Source of the DNA: Trueperaceae bacterium
GTDB lineage: Bacteria; Deinococcota; Deinococci; Deinococcales; Trueperaceae
Direction of reading: 5' to 3'
NCBI GenBank assembly: GCA_965214405.1
Contig: OZ243956.1
Coordinates: 1,856,001-1,920,000 of the forward strand
DNA length: 64,000 nucleotides
Notes under the pieces: model-generated
What the model was told of the DNA's origin: nothing
Databases searched by the model: none
The model's input: only the letters and a program-made list of their open reading frames with translations
Shown: positions 50,803-60,100 of the stretch, one piece after another
Numbering within the stretch: the stretch's first letter is position 1
Layout: the number at the start of each line of letters is the position of its first letter
Made by a program: the position numbers and the translations under genes

Positions 50803-51051
50803 ATGGCAAACATCAAAAGAGAACCCGATCCTCAGTTCGAAATCTTTAAGGCTGCTGTGGGAGAGCGCATTCGGAACCTTAGAGAAATCAACCATCTAAC
50901 ACAAGCCGAACTATCAGAAAAGACCAATATCAACCGTACGCACATCAGCATGATCGAGAATGGCCGCAAAGATATCAACCTTTCGACCCTCTATAGACTG
51001 GCGAACGAGTTTAAGCTACGCCCAAGTAACTTGATGGATGTCGACCTGTGA
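50803..51051 (+). CDS. XRE-family HTH regulator (C-protein-like)
   Basis: VGERIRNLRE..LTQAELSE..INRTHISMIENGRK. Confidence 0.85.
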   Translation: MANIKREPDPQFEIFKAAVGERIRNLREINHLTQAELSEKTNINRTHISMIENGRKDINLSTLYRLANEFKLRPSNLMDVDL

Positions 51052-51110
51052 ATCCATCACTTTACTGAAGTAGATTCCAAGCAGCTTTTGCGCTAGAAGG
51101 CATCCTGACG

Positions 51111-51410
51111 CTACTTATGCTTTTGCCGCTTCACCCTCTCCGACCACGCCTCCGTCTCGAGAGAGCGTATCTCTTCTTCATCCGGCTCCTTCACGAACTC
51201 CCCTGGGTCAACCCCTATCGCCCTCGCCACCGCCAGCAGGCTAAAGAGCGTGGGGTTGAAAGGACGCTTTTCGTCTCGAGCCTCGAAGCGCTGGTAGCTG
51301 CGTAGAGGTAGATGCGTCCTCTCGGCCACGTCTTCTTGCTTGAGGTTCCGGGCGAGCCGGGCCTTGCGAATGCGCATCCGCATCACCGAAAGAAAAACGT
51401 CGTCGCGCAC
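51111..51410 (-). CDS. XRE-family HTH regulator
   Basis: RIRKARLARNLKQEDVAE..YQRFE..NPTLFSL. Confidence 0.85.
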   Translation of the reverse strand: MRDDVFLSVMRMRIRKARLARNLKQEDVAERTHLPLRSYQRFEARDEKRPFNPTLFSLLAVARAIGVDPGEFVKEPDEEEIRSLETEAWSERVKRQKHK

Positions 51411-51444
51411 ATTGCCATCATGGCGAGCCCCGCGTGTCTTTTGA

Positions 51445-51486
51445 ACGAGTAATATCTCGTGTTAAGCTAGACGAGATATTACTCGT
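51445..51486. promoter_or_regulatory. Twin palindromic operator ACGAG-N6-CTCGT
   Basis: ACGAGTAATATCTCGT (51445-51460) and its exact reverse complement ACGAGATATTACTCGT (51471-51486), between divergent genes. Confidence 0.75.
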
Positions 51487-51575
51487 GTTAGGAGGCGCAA
51501 GATTGGTAAGGGAAGTAGGCAGATCTCTTGAGCGTCGGGTTTCAGGACGCAACTAAGACTCTCTACGGAGGATTC

Positions 51576-52076
51576 ATGGTTAGAAAAACTGCTTTGTTAC
51601 TACTCATCCTGCTCTCCGCCTGCGCCCCCACGCTCGAGCCCCAAACGCAGAGCCAGGTGGACGCGAGCCCAGTTCCTCGAGCCAACGTCCTCTGGACCGC
51701 GCAGGTGAGTGGCGTCGAGCGTTATGCCGGGGCTTATCAGGGCGAGCGGGGTGAGGCCACTGTGCAAGACGGACAGGTGTTGGAACTTGAACTCAGCAAC
51801 AACGTCTTTTTCGACCTGGCCCGCTTCACTGACGGGAGCGTCGAGAGCCCGCCTATGAACCTCACCTACCGCGGCGGCGGTCTGCTCTCGGGCACCGCCT
51901 CGGTCGTTTTCGAAGGCGTGGGCAGCCTGGGGGAGCGGCGCTTCTTCAGCGGCGAGGCTGAGACGAACTTCGTGCTCGAGGGGGACTACGTCACCGGCTC
52001 TTTACGCTTGAGCGGCCAAGACAACGTGGGACAGGTCGTGAATGTGGTGGTCGAGAATCTACGGGTGCCTTATTGA
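51576..52076 (+). CDS. Putative lipoprotein of unknown function
   Basis: GGAGG RBS; signal MVRKTALLLLILLSAC with a lipobox. Confidence 0.75.
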   Translation: MVRKTALLLLILLSACAPTLEPQTQSQVDASPVPRANVLWTAQVSGVERYAGAYQGERGEATVQDGQVLELELSNNVFFDLARFTDGSVESPPMNLTYRGGGLLSGTASVVFEGVGSLGERRFFSGEAETNFVLEGDYVTGSLRLSGQDNVGQVVNVVVENLRVPY

Positions 52077-52173
52077 GCGGGTCTTATGTTTGTTCTTTTA
52101 TGGGAGAAGGCGTTGGCGCGGTTGCAAGTTCGGGTTTAGAGACCATAAAACAGAAAGGAAGAGAGGACAGAGC

Positions 52174-53304
52174 ATGAAACAAGGGCAAGGGAAAGAAAGA
52201 GCGGCAGGAGTTAAGCGTTTGTTCGGTTGTGTTGGGGTATCTTCAGTGCGCCGTTTCTCTATAAGAGGCACGTTTGGGGTGATGGGCCTTCTCAGCCTCT
52301 GTTTCTTGTTGAGCGCGTGTTCAGACACCATCCTGCCCCCACCCATTACCGACACCGACACCGGCAGCTTGCAGGTGACGATTACCGGCTTGCCGCCTGA
52401 AGCCAAAGCCAACGTCACCGTCACCGGCCCCGATGATTACGAGCAGAGGGTCGAGAGGAGCGGAACCCTTACCGGTCTGCCCACAGGCCGCTACACCGTG
52501 AGTGTCGACAGCATAGTCTATGCAGGCGAGACCTATCCCGGCTCTCTACCCGGCAGCCGCGACCAACGGGAGCTGGACGTGACCCGGCAGGCGGTGGGTG
52601 AGGTGACGGTGTCGTACGCCTCGGTGGGTGTCGTGGGCGAGGGTGACATAGCTCCGGGTGTGACCCGCACCGGCACGCTTTCTACAGGGGCGTTTCGCGA
52701 CTACACCTTTACCGGCGTCGAGGGGGTGCCGCTCGCTTTCTCCTTTGCGGGCACGCGAGAAGCGGGTTCGGCTACCTATAACGTAAGCATCTTCCGTCCT
52801 GACAACTTAGAGACGCCCCTCCAAACCGAACGCTTCGGCACCGCCAACAGCTACCCCTACGCGGGCGGCAACCCCACCGTCGGCTTTACGCCGTCCGAGG
52901 GCGGGCCTTACGTGCTGCGCGCCGCGGTCAACGGGGGTGAACTCTCCTACACCGTCAGGGCGAGCTACCTGAGCGGCACGCCAGAAGAGCATCAAGAGGT
53001 CACGCCCTTGGAAGCGGGCAAGCTTGTTCTGGGGGCGGTAACAGAGAACTCGGTGGACCGCTACCGCTTTAGCGCCACCGCAGATGAAGCGCTCACGCTG
53101 GCGTTCGATTATGAAGAAGGGGGTGCCATCTATTTAGTCGAAGTCTTGGATGAGGACGGCACGGAGCCGCTCTACAGCAAGCGCGTTGGCACTGCCAACG
53201 GGATGCGCAGGCTCGAGTTCATTCCACCTATGACGGGTGACTATCTGCTGCGGGTCACCGGGGAGAACAACGTGCTGCGCTACAGCCTGGTGTTGGAGAA
53301 GTAA
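52174..53304 (+). CDS. Putative lipoprotein with beta-sandwich (PPC-like) repeats; start uncertain
   Basis: LLSAC lipobox; GSLQVTITGLP..VTVTGP; two D.Y.F...G.Y.LR repeats. Confidence 0.7.
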   Translation: MKQGQGKERAAGVKRLFGCVGVSSVRRFSIRGTFGVMGLLSLCFLLSACSDTILPPPITDTDTGSLQVTITGLPPEAKANVTVTGPDDYEQRVERSGTLTGLPTGRYTVSVDSIVYAGETYPGSLPGSRDQRELDVTRQAVGEVTVSYASVGVVGEGDIAPGVTRTGTLSTGAFRDYTFTGVEGVPLAFSFAGTREAGSATYNVSIFRPDNLETPLQTERFGTANSYPYAGGNPTVGFTPSEGGPYVLRAAVNGGELSYTVRASYLSGTPEEHQEVTPLEAGKLVLGAVTENSVDRYRFSATADEALTLAFDYEEGGAIYLVEVLDEDGTEPLYSKRVGTANGMRRLEFIPPMTGDYLLRVTGENNVLRYSLVLEK

Positions 53305-53428
53305 GGGGGCTCTAGTCTTTAGAAGAGGGGTTGAGATCACCCCTCTCGGCTCAACACTTATGAGGATTTGTCAGAATTGGGGCGGCGTAGCGACTGAGCC
53401 GCGCTCCCGCCCGGAAAAGGAGCAAAAC

Positions 53429-54022
53429 ATGAAAGAAGCTAAAAATCCGTCGGCCCCCTACGAGCGAGCACGGGAGGCTTTTCCTGCCGACGCTACGCCT
53501 GCCCCACCCGACCTTTACCCTAAGCTCGAGGCCTACTTCCGAAGGTTGCTTGAGGAGCACGCCAAAGGGGTTCCGGACGTACCCGCACAACCCAACGCAC
53601 CTGTTGAAGCTAAGACGCTGACGGAACCGGAGGCTCTGGCGGCGGAGACCACGGAAGGAGCAAACTCGGGTTACGCACTGCTGTCGCGGCGGGTGAGGCG
53701 GGTGACTCCCACCTGGTCTCCCGATAAACATCTGCTCGCGCACCACCACGACACCCTCACCGACCCCGCGCTCTCGTGGCACGAGTGGGGGCTGCTGGCT
53801 TATTTGAGTCTGTTTGGCGGCTACAGCATCCCGGTCGTCACCCTTATCGAGCGGAGCAAGGGCGAGCAAGGGGAGGTTCTAGTAGCGCTCGAGCATCTAC
53901 TGGAACGGGGCGACATCGAACTCGACCCGCACGAGCTGAGTGAGGCGGAGATGCAAGCGGCGCAGCGGCGGCTGGATGACGAGGTGGCGGCGCACCGGGC
54001 GCAGGCACAGGCGCAAACGTGA
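53429..54022 (+). CDS. Hypothetical protein with a possible winged-HTH
   Basis: AAGGAG RBS; DPALSWHEWGLLAYL resembles HTH segments of phage/plasmid replication proteins. Confidence 0.55.
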   Translation: MKEAKNPSAPYERAREAFPADATPAPPDLYPKLEAYFRRLLEEHAKGVPDVPAQPNAPVEAKTLTEPEALAAETTEGANSGYALLSRRVRRVTPTWSPDKHLLAHHHDTLTDPALSWHEWGLLAYLSLFGGYSIPVVTLIERSKGEQGEVLVALEHLLERGDIELDPHELSEAEMQAAQRRLDDEVAAHRAQAQAQT

Positions 54023-54107
54023 GACCGGTGCTTTACGCTTCTGGAGCCGGTCTATGTGGCACCTTGCCGGTGCAGCTCAACGACCCCCAACCCTTCGTGA
54101 GGCTAGG

Positions 54108-54974
54108 GTGAACGAAGTAGAGACGTTCGAGGCGCAGGAAAGCAATAGTGCGACGCTGGTACTCCTCGACTCAGCGAGCTGCCGCGTCTCACTACTGAGC
54201 CCCACACCCCTTACGCTCGAGCAAGCCGAGTTACTGCGCTACCTCCTCAAGGCCGCGCTGCTCGCTGGCGGCAAGACCCGCCTGTTGAGAGACCGCTACG
54301 CCCAACTCTTTCCCCACCTCACCTTCTCGAGCGCACTTCTGACACTCTTTTCGACCCTGCGGCTGCGGCTCGAGTTCGACAAGGAATCGAACTGCAAACA
54401 GCTCGTGGGGCCGCTCTTCGCCTTTGTGGCGGAGCTTGGGGAATGGAACACCCTCCACGTCGAACTCTCCAAATTTGGTAGCGAAACGTTGGCTCGGCTG
54501 TCGCGGGGTTTGCCCCTGGCCTTCGCGCTGCCCCGCCCGCATCTAGCGGACGCGGGGGCGCAACCCTACAGCGACGCCGAGGACCTTGCCGCTTGGCGCG
54601 ACACGCTCGACCTGTTTCCTGCGGCTGATGAGGTGTTGGGCGCGCGGCTCGAGCTTTACGGTCACCTGGTGCGCGCTTTTTATGGGGACGCGGCGGGGCT
54701 CGAGCTGGGGTCTAGCCCTGAGCCTCACAGCGTCACGCTGCCGAGTCGGCTCGTGCGGAAGCTGGCGGAGAACAAGAAAGCGGCGAGTGAGACGATGCTG
54801 GCGTTGGTGGGGGGCTTTGTGAGGAACTTTCCGTCTCGGGTCAGGCTGAATGGGCAGGAGCCGGAGCGGGTGGTGGAGAGGCTGTTGGTGTCGAGCGCCC
54901 TTACGGTTGAGGTCACGGTTGTTCCTTTTGCCTTCGACGGGTACGAGCGTTACGCCAGGAATGAGGGGGCGTAG
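54108..54974 (+). CDS. Hypothetical protein
   Basis: Long open frame with a plausible GTG start; no family recognised. Confidence 0.55.
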   Translation: MNEVETFEAQESNSATLVLLDSASCRVSLLSPTPLTLEQAELLRYLLKAALLAGGKTRLLRDRYAQLFPHLTFSSALLTLFSTLRLRLEFDKESNCKQLVGPLFAFVAELGEWNTLHVELSKFGSETLARLSRGLPLAFALPRPHLADAGAQPYSDAEDLAAWRDTLDLFPAADEVLGARLELYGHLVRAFYGDAAGLELGSSPEPHSVTLPSRLVRKLAENKKAASETMLALVGGFVRNFPSRVRLNGQEPERVVERLLVSSALTVEVTVVPFAFDGYERYARNEGA

Positions 54975-55255
54975 TAGGTGAGAAGCGCCTGCTACGCTCT
55001 AGAGCCGAGTGGAGGACAGGAAATTTAGCATTTGAAAATGGGCGGGGGCCTAAAAATGCTGCTCAATGCCTTCTCCTTCATCATATTTGAGCAGATGCTG
55101 GAGGTACTTACAGATGCGAGGCCTAAGCTGGAGGCGCGGGTGCGTTCTTATCTACTCAAAATATGCCAGTAGCGAGCTTAATCTGTGTCCGTAGCATTCT
55201 CACAGGCAGCAGCGTCTTCGATGTTAAATCATTTATGCACCCTCACTAACAGGTA

Positions 55256-57091
55256 GTGCAAAAGCATACAGCACTTACAGTCCGCGCTCTCCCGCGTTAC
55301 CTCCCCCCTATACCTGGCGAGACGTTTGCTAGCTACCTCGACCGCTTAGCTCATGCCCTTGGCGTCCCCATTATCACAGCTTTACGCGCTACTGGCATCA
55401 TTAGTGAAGAGTCAGAAAAAGAAATTGGCCCAGGCTATGGCGTCACACTTTCTTCTACTCAGCTCAGAACCTTTGCCCACGCCACACATCTTGACGGTGA
55501 TTGCGTTGCAGAGATGCTGCTCGAGCACTACCACGGCAGGGTGATTAACCTCTTTGGTCTCGAGCCAGATGACCCAACCTCCTTTCGTATGGTCGCGCTG
55601 CGCGAGTGGGCGTACTTTTCGGGGTCACACCTCTGCCCCAAATGCGCCGAAGAAGATAAGGGCGCTTGGCAACTCGCTTGGAAGCTTCCTTGGTCGTTCG
55701 CCTGCGTTAAGCACCGTACCCTCCTTATTGACACCTGTCCCCGTTGCAGACGGCGCACCGGGCTCAGCCGACAAGATGGAGCGAGCCGCCCCCGTTTCGT
55801 CTCCAAGGTTCCACTACCAGGCTGTTGCATGAATGCTGAGCCAGCGGGTATGGCTTTAGCGGGGCGCTCGTCCTCCCCCTGCGGTCAGCCACTCGCTCTC
55901 ATTTCTACCGAATCACTCGCGGCTTGGTCAACTCTCCTCGCCGCGCAACATAAGGTCAACGATGCTTTAGAAAATGAGTTTGTTTTCGCTGGAGGTGTGA
56001 AGACGTCCACCCTGACCTACTTTGCCGAGCTGCGCTCGTTAGCCGCTCTACTTCTCTACGCAGCAAAGACTCAAGATTTGAAGGGCCTGCCTCCTTTCGT
56101 TAAGGAGGCGTTTGCGACCTTGGAAGCTGAGAGAGATGCACGCGTTGAAGAACGCCGTCAGTTAGGGAATCAGCGCGAGGGTCCGCATACGAGGGTGTTC
56201 TCCAGCGCGCCACAGTCCGCGGCGGTGATGGCGGCCATCCTACCTACTGCTGTCAATATTCTCGCCGCACCTTCACCGGATGGTTTGGCCGCTCACCTCG
56301 ACTGGCTCGTCGAGCGAGGCGCAGAACGCAAGCGTAACAAGGTACGTCAGCTCGCGGACTACCTCTCCTTCTCGCCGCGCCTGCGGGAGGCTCTCGAGCA
56401 GTGTCTCGAGCCACGCAAGACCTTCGTGCGACGGCTTGAGGAAAGTAGACGGCAACTTGATCAAGCAGACGGAGCGAACTCGTACAGTTTTACATCCGAC
56501 CACGTGCCGCAACTGCTCTGGCAAGAAACCTACCGACAGCACTTTGCCGAACTTATACCAGGCGTAGGAGAAGATTATGCGCGGCGGGCATGTGCGATGG
56601 CACTGGTGCGACTCTCCGGAAACTACACCTGGCGTGAGGCGGCTGAGGTGCTCGAGCTTCCTCCCGAGCCTGCGTACGGTATGGCGAACAAGGTCGTCGG
56701 CGTGCTCAACAGGACCAGCACAGCCGACCTGTTCGCAGAACAGCTTCGTGAACTCGCCGCGAAGCTCAGCGAGGACGCGAGCCGCACCGACTACGGCTTC
56801 CGTCGGCGTGTCTTCGCCGACTTCATTGAAATAGAGTGGCGGGCGTGGTGTTTACTCTGCCAGCGTGCCGGGGTCCCTCCAGGCTCGTCAGGCGGGCGTC
56901 AGCGCTATGCGGCGGTTTGGGTGTGGTGTTACCTCACGGGAGGAGACTATAGGCTCGCGCCGGGGCTTCAGGGTAAGAACGCTCATAATTTTAGAGAGGT
57001 CTATAGGCGCTTTCTTAAGGGAGAACAGCCAAATTTAGAGAGGGAGCTAATCCTACATGCGAATAATTTGCTGCGCTCAATGACCAGCTGA
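55256..57091 (+). CDS. tnsD: TniQ/TnsD-like target selector, 611 aa, intact
   Basis: LP...P.PGETFASYLDRLA, CPKC and WKLPWSFACVKH..CPRC; long C-terminal extension. Confidence 0.85.
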   Translation: MQKHTALTVRALPRYLPPIPGETFASYLDRLAHALGVPIITALRATGIISEESEKEIGPGYGVTLSSTQLRTFAHATHLDGDCVAEMLLEHYHGRVINLFGLEPDDPTSFRMVALREWAYFSGSHLCPKCAEEDKGAWQLAWKLPWSFACVKHRTLLIDTCPRCRRRTGLSRQDGASRPRFVSKVPLPGCCMNAEPAGMALAGRSSSPCGQPLALISTESLAAWSTLLAAQHKVNDALENEFVFAGGVKTSTLTYFAELRSLAALLLYAAKTQDLKGLPPFVKEAFATLEAERDARVEERRQLGNQREGPHTRVFSSAPQSAAVMAAILPTAVNILAAPSPDGLAAHLDWLVERGAERKRNKVRQLADYLSFSPRLREALEQCLEPRKTFVRRLEESRRQLDQADGANSYSFTSDHVPQLLWQETYRQHFAELIPGVGEDYARRACAMALVRLSGNYTWREAAEVLELPPEPAYGMANKVVGVLNRTSTADLFAEQLRELAAKLSEDASRTDYGFRRRVFADFIEIEWRAWCLLCQRAGVPPGSSGGRQRYAAVWVWCYLTGGDYRLAPGLQGKNAHNFREVYRRFLKGEQPNLERELILHANNLLRSMTS

Positions 57092-57188
57092 ACTGCCACC
57101 CGCACCATTGGGGCAGATATTTGGCTTCACAACCTCTGCCTGCTCTTCACGCCCACTAATGAACGGCGTACCTGACTCTGTCAACACT

Positions 57189-60100
57189 TCACTTAGGAGG
57201 CGGTTCGTCGACCGCTGTTCTTGTCGCTCCCCCGTGACTCGTTATCCTGGGTCTACATCTAACCTTAATCGCACCCCTCGAAAAGGCGCCATCAGTAGCT
57301 CTGCTCGACCAAACATAAGCTTCCCCAGGTTCAAGATGTGCCATCTTTTCCGGGGTCAGGTCTTTCAGCGCGGCATTCGCTTTTTGGATGTGTTTTAGCC
57401 ACTGGGGCGAGTTGAACTTGTGAAGAACGACCTGACTTGACAGTTCGATAAGGGCGACGGGAACGGATGGAGGATCTTGGCTAGCGACCATGATGCTAGT
57501 CCCCTTGTGCCTCATCTCCCTTACCACCTCGATAAGACCCGCGGTCAGGTCTGGGCTTTCGATGTACTTATGAGCCTCGTCGAAAACCACCAGCTTATTG
57601 AAAGGCTCGCCGTTGTGTTTAGCATCGGCAAAAAGTTGAAGGATGACGATGAAAAGTCCGAGCGCCTCGTCTTTTTCTATGAACTCGTCGCGGATGTCAA
57701 CGATGACCATCCGACCCGGGCTGACAGCTTCTGCAAGCGAAACATTATCCTCAACATACTGCGCCGCCAAGTTAAGGCGCATGTTGGCCATAGCTTTCAG
57801 ATGATCTTGTAGTGCCGAGCTGTCGATGCCGGTACGTAACGCCTCGACGGATAGATTATTGCGGTTCTGGCGCATAACCATGTTGACTTGCCTCATGTAC
57901 GTCGCTTGGTTGCCGACAGCGCCCATCAGGAACCGCCAGTGCCCCGCTTGCAACTCGTGCGCGCCGAACTTGAGAGGCCGCACGTCGAGGTCAGGGTATT
58001 CATCCTGACGTTCGGCCACTTTGTCCTCGGGCACGAGCAAGACGATATCTCTTAACGCTTTGGGCTCAGCGCCGTAACGCTCCCTAAGCACCTTCAGCTG
58101 CTTTTCCTCAGCGTTCGGTAAGGCCATCGTAGTGAACTCGGGCTTGTAGTCTTGGGTCTGACTGTAATGAAAAATGACTGTTGCCAACGGATGAGGTAGC
58201 ACGTTGATATTGGGGATGGGCAGCGAGGCCATCTCCGCTATCGTCCCGAGGGTATAACTTTTCCCGCCACCTTGGACACCGAATAGACTGATCGTATGCG
58301 TCTGGTTGAGGTCGAGGGCGATCTTCCTGCCTGACGCTTCCCCGAGCAAGCCGTACTGAGGGGAGTCTTGATCTGCGCCGAGCAGGATGTCAAAAGCGGC
58401 CTGAGGTTGAACCGTCCCGGTGACCTGTTCCACCTTAAGAGGTTCGTCCACCAGCTCTACCCCGTCTTTTGTGCCTGTCTCGACACTCCCTCCGACGTCC
58501 TCACTCACAGTACGATCTGCGTTGTCAAGTGAAAGCGGCTCATCCCGGACGGTGATTCTCTTCTCAGTTGGGTCCGTCTCGGACGGTTCTTGAACGAGTT
58601 CTGGCTCGGCAACCGCGCGCCCGAGCGTGTGATCGGTTCGGAGGCCCTCCCACGCGACACTGCGGTCGCGGTCTTTGACTATAAAAGTTGCTTCCTCGAG
58701 CTTGGGTATAGAAGAACCGCGCTCTTGATCTTCCTCAGGCGTTTCGGAGGTGCCGCGCGTTTCGAGCCTACCTGCTAACACTTTTGTTCTACCCGCGGCC
58801 AGACGGACTAACTCTTGGGCAAGGTCACGGCCTATGCGGTGGTACTCCACGCCGTTCTCTCGCTCGGGCGGGTCCGTGCCCGGTTTCTCGAAGTCGAAGA
58901 TGAGGGCGCTGCGCGAGAAGGCGAGCGTGTAACCTCGCTCGAGACTCCGCAGAAAGAACTTAGCTTCGTCCTGCGCCAGCTCATCGAACAGCCCATGCCT
59001 GACGCCGCGGTCCAGGTAGAACTCCAGAAGCTTCGCCAGCTCTCTCGTCCTGAGCAGGCGATCCGGGCGGTCCGGGGAAGCGAGGTCGGCCCCGAAGTGG
59101 TGCCGCAGAACCTGCTCGCTTCGCTCGATCTGAGCGGCGATGGTTCCCCTCAACTGGTTGTAGCTCGCGAGACCGCCGACCTGTCTGTAGCACTTGACCT
59201 CGACGAGGTTGCAAGTGATGGTCCGGCTGCTCGCGTCCAGATCGAACAGCGCGAGGTCGGTTCGCTTGAAACCCATCTCCTCCCCCGACTGCTCGGCGCT
59301 TCTCTTCACAGCCTCATAAAGGTCGAGGTGCGCGTCTAGGGGGACGACGATCTGGTTGGCAAAAACCCCCTGATGTTCTAAGTACATCCTGGCTAGGGCT
59401 AGGCCTAAAGCCTCCGCTCGCTGGGCAGAGGCGGACAGAAGTTTGAGCGCCATCCGTCCCGAGAGCGACTTGAGCTGATTCAAGACGGCAACGGTATGAG
59501 TCCTCGCCGCGCTTAGCCCGTAGTCCTTCAGGATAGGGCCGATCATCGCCTCTAATTCTGTCAGCGAGCGGGACGTCACGGTGTAGCGGTAATCTTGCGC
59601 CGCCATCTCGGGGGAATGGTCTATCAGATACTCGGGACGCTCGCGTCGCCCGCCGTGGTCGAAAAACTCTACCCCGATGTTGCGATCGATAGAGATGACC
59701 CAGTCGCTGAACTCGTGTACCTGGTGTAGCAGGGCGCGGTCGCCGGACGTCAAGGCGAGGGTGATCTGCGGCCTGAGCTCCAGGCCGGTTTGTCCCGTCG
59801 CCAGGGTGGCGGTCGCGCCCGAGAGGGCCGTCGAGAGGCTGGCGAGAAGCTCGGATAGGTAGTCGCCGTCGCCGATAGGCTGGGCCTGGCCGTGACGTGG
59901 CCGACGCTGCCACGCCACCAACGCGTCGTCGTCGGTGTAGGTCACGTCGAAATCCTGGACGAGCCCGTGAACCGGCGCGATCATCTCGCCCTCCGCCGCC
60001 TCCGCGACCCCTACCTGGGCGCCGGGAAACACGTCGAAGAGGAGGCTCAGGTGCGCGCGGTACTGGCTCGGGTTTCGCCTGAACGCGCCCGCGCCAAGGA

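Noticed and set aside
57092..57188. Distal transposon end after tnsD (a CTAAT at 57156-57160 matches the predicted duplication)
   Set aside because: It is preceded by CCCA rather than ACA, and there are no TGCAAAG repeats nearby. A 5-mer match is expected by chance.
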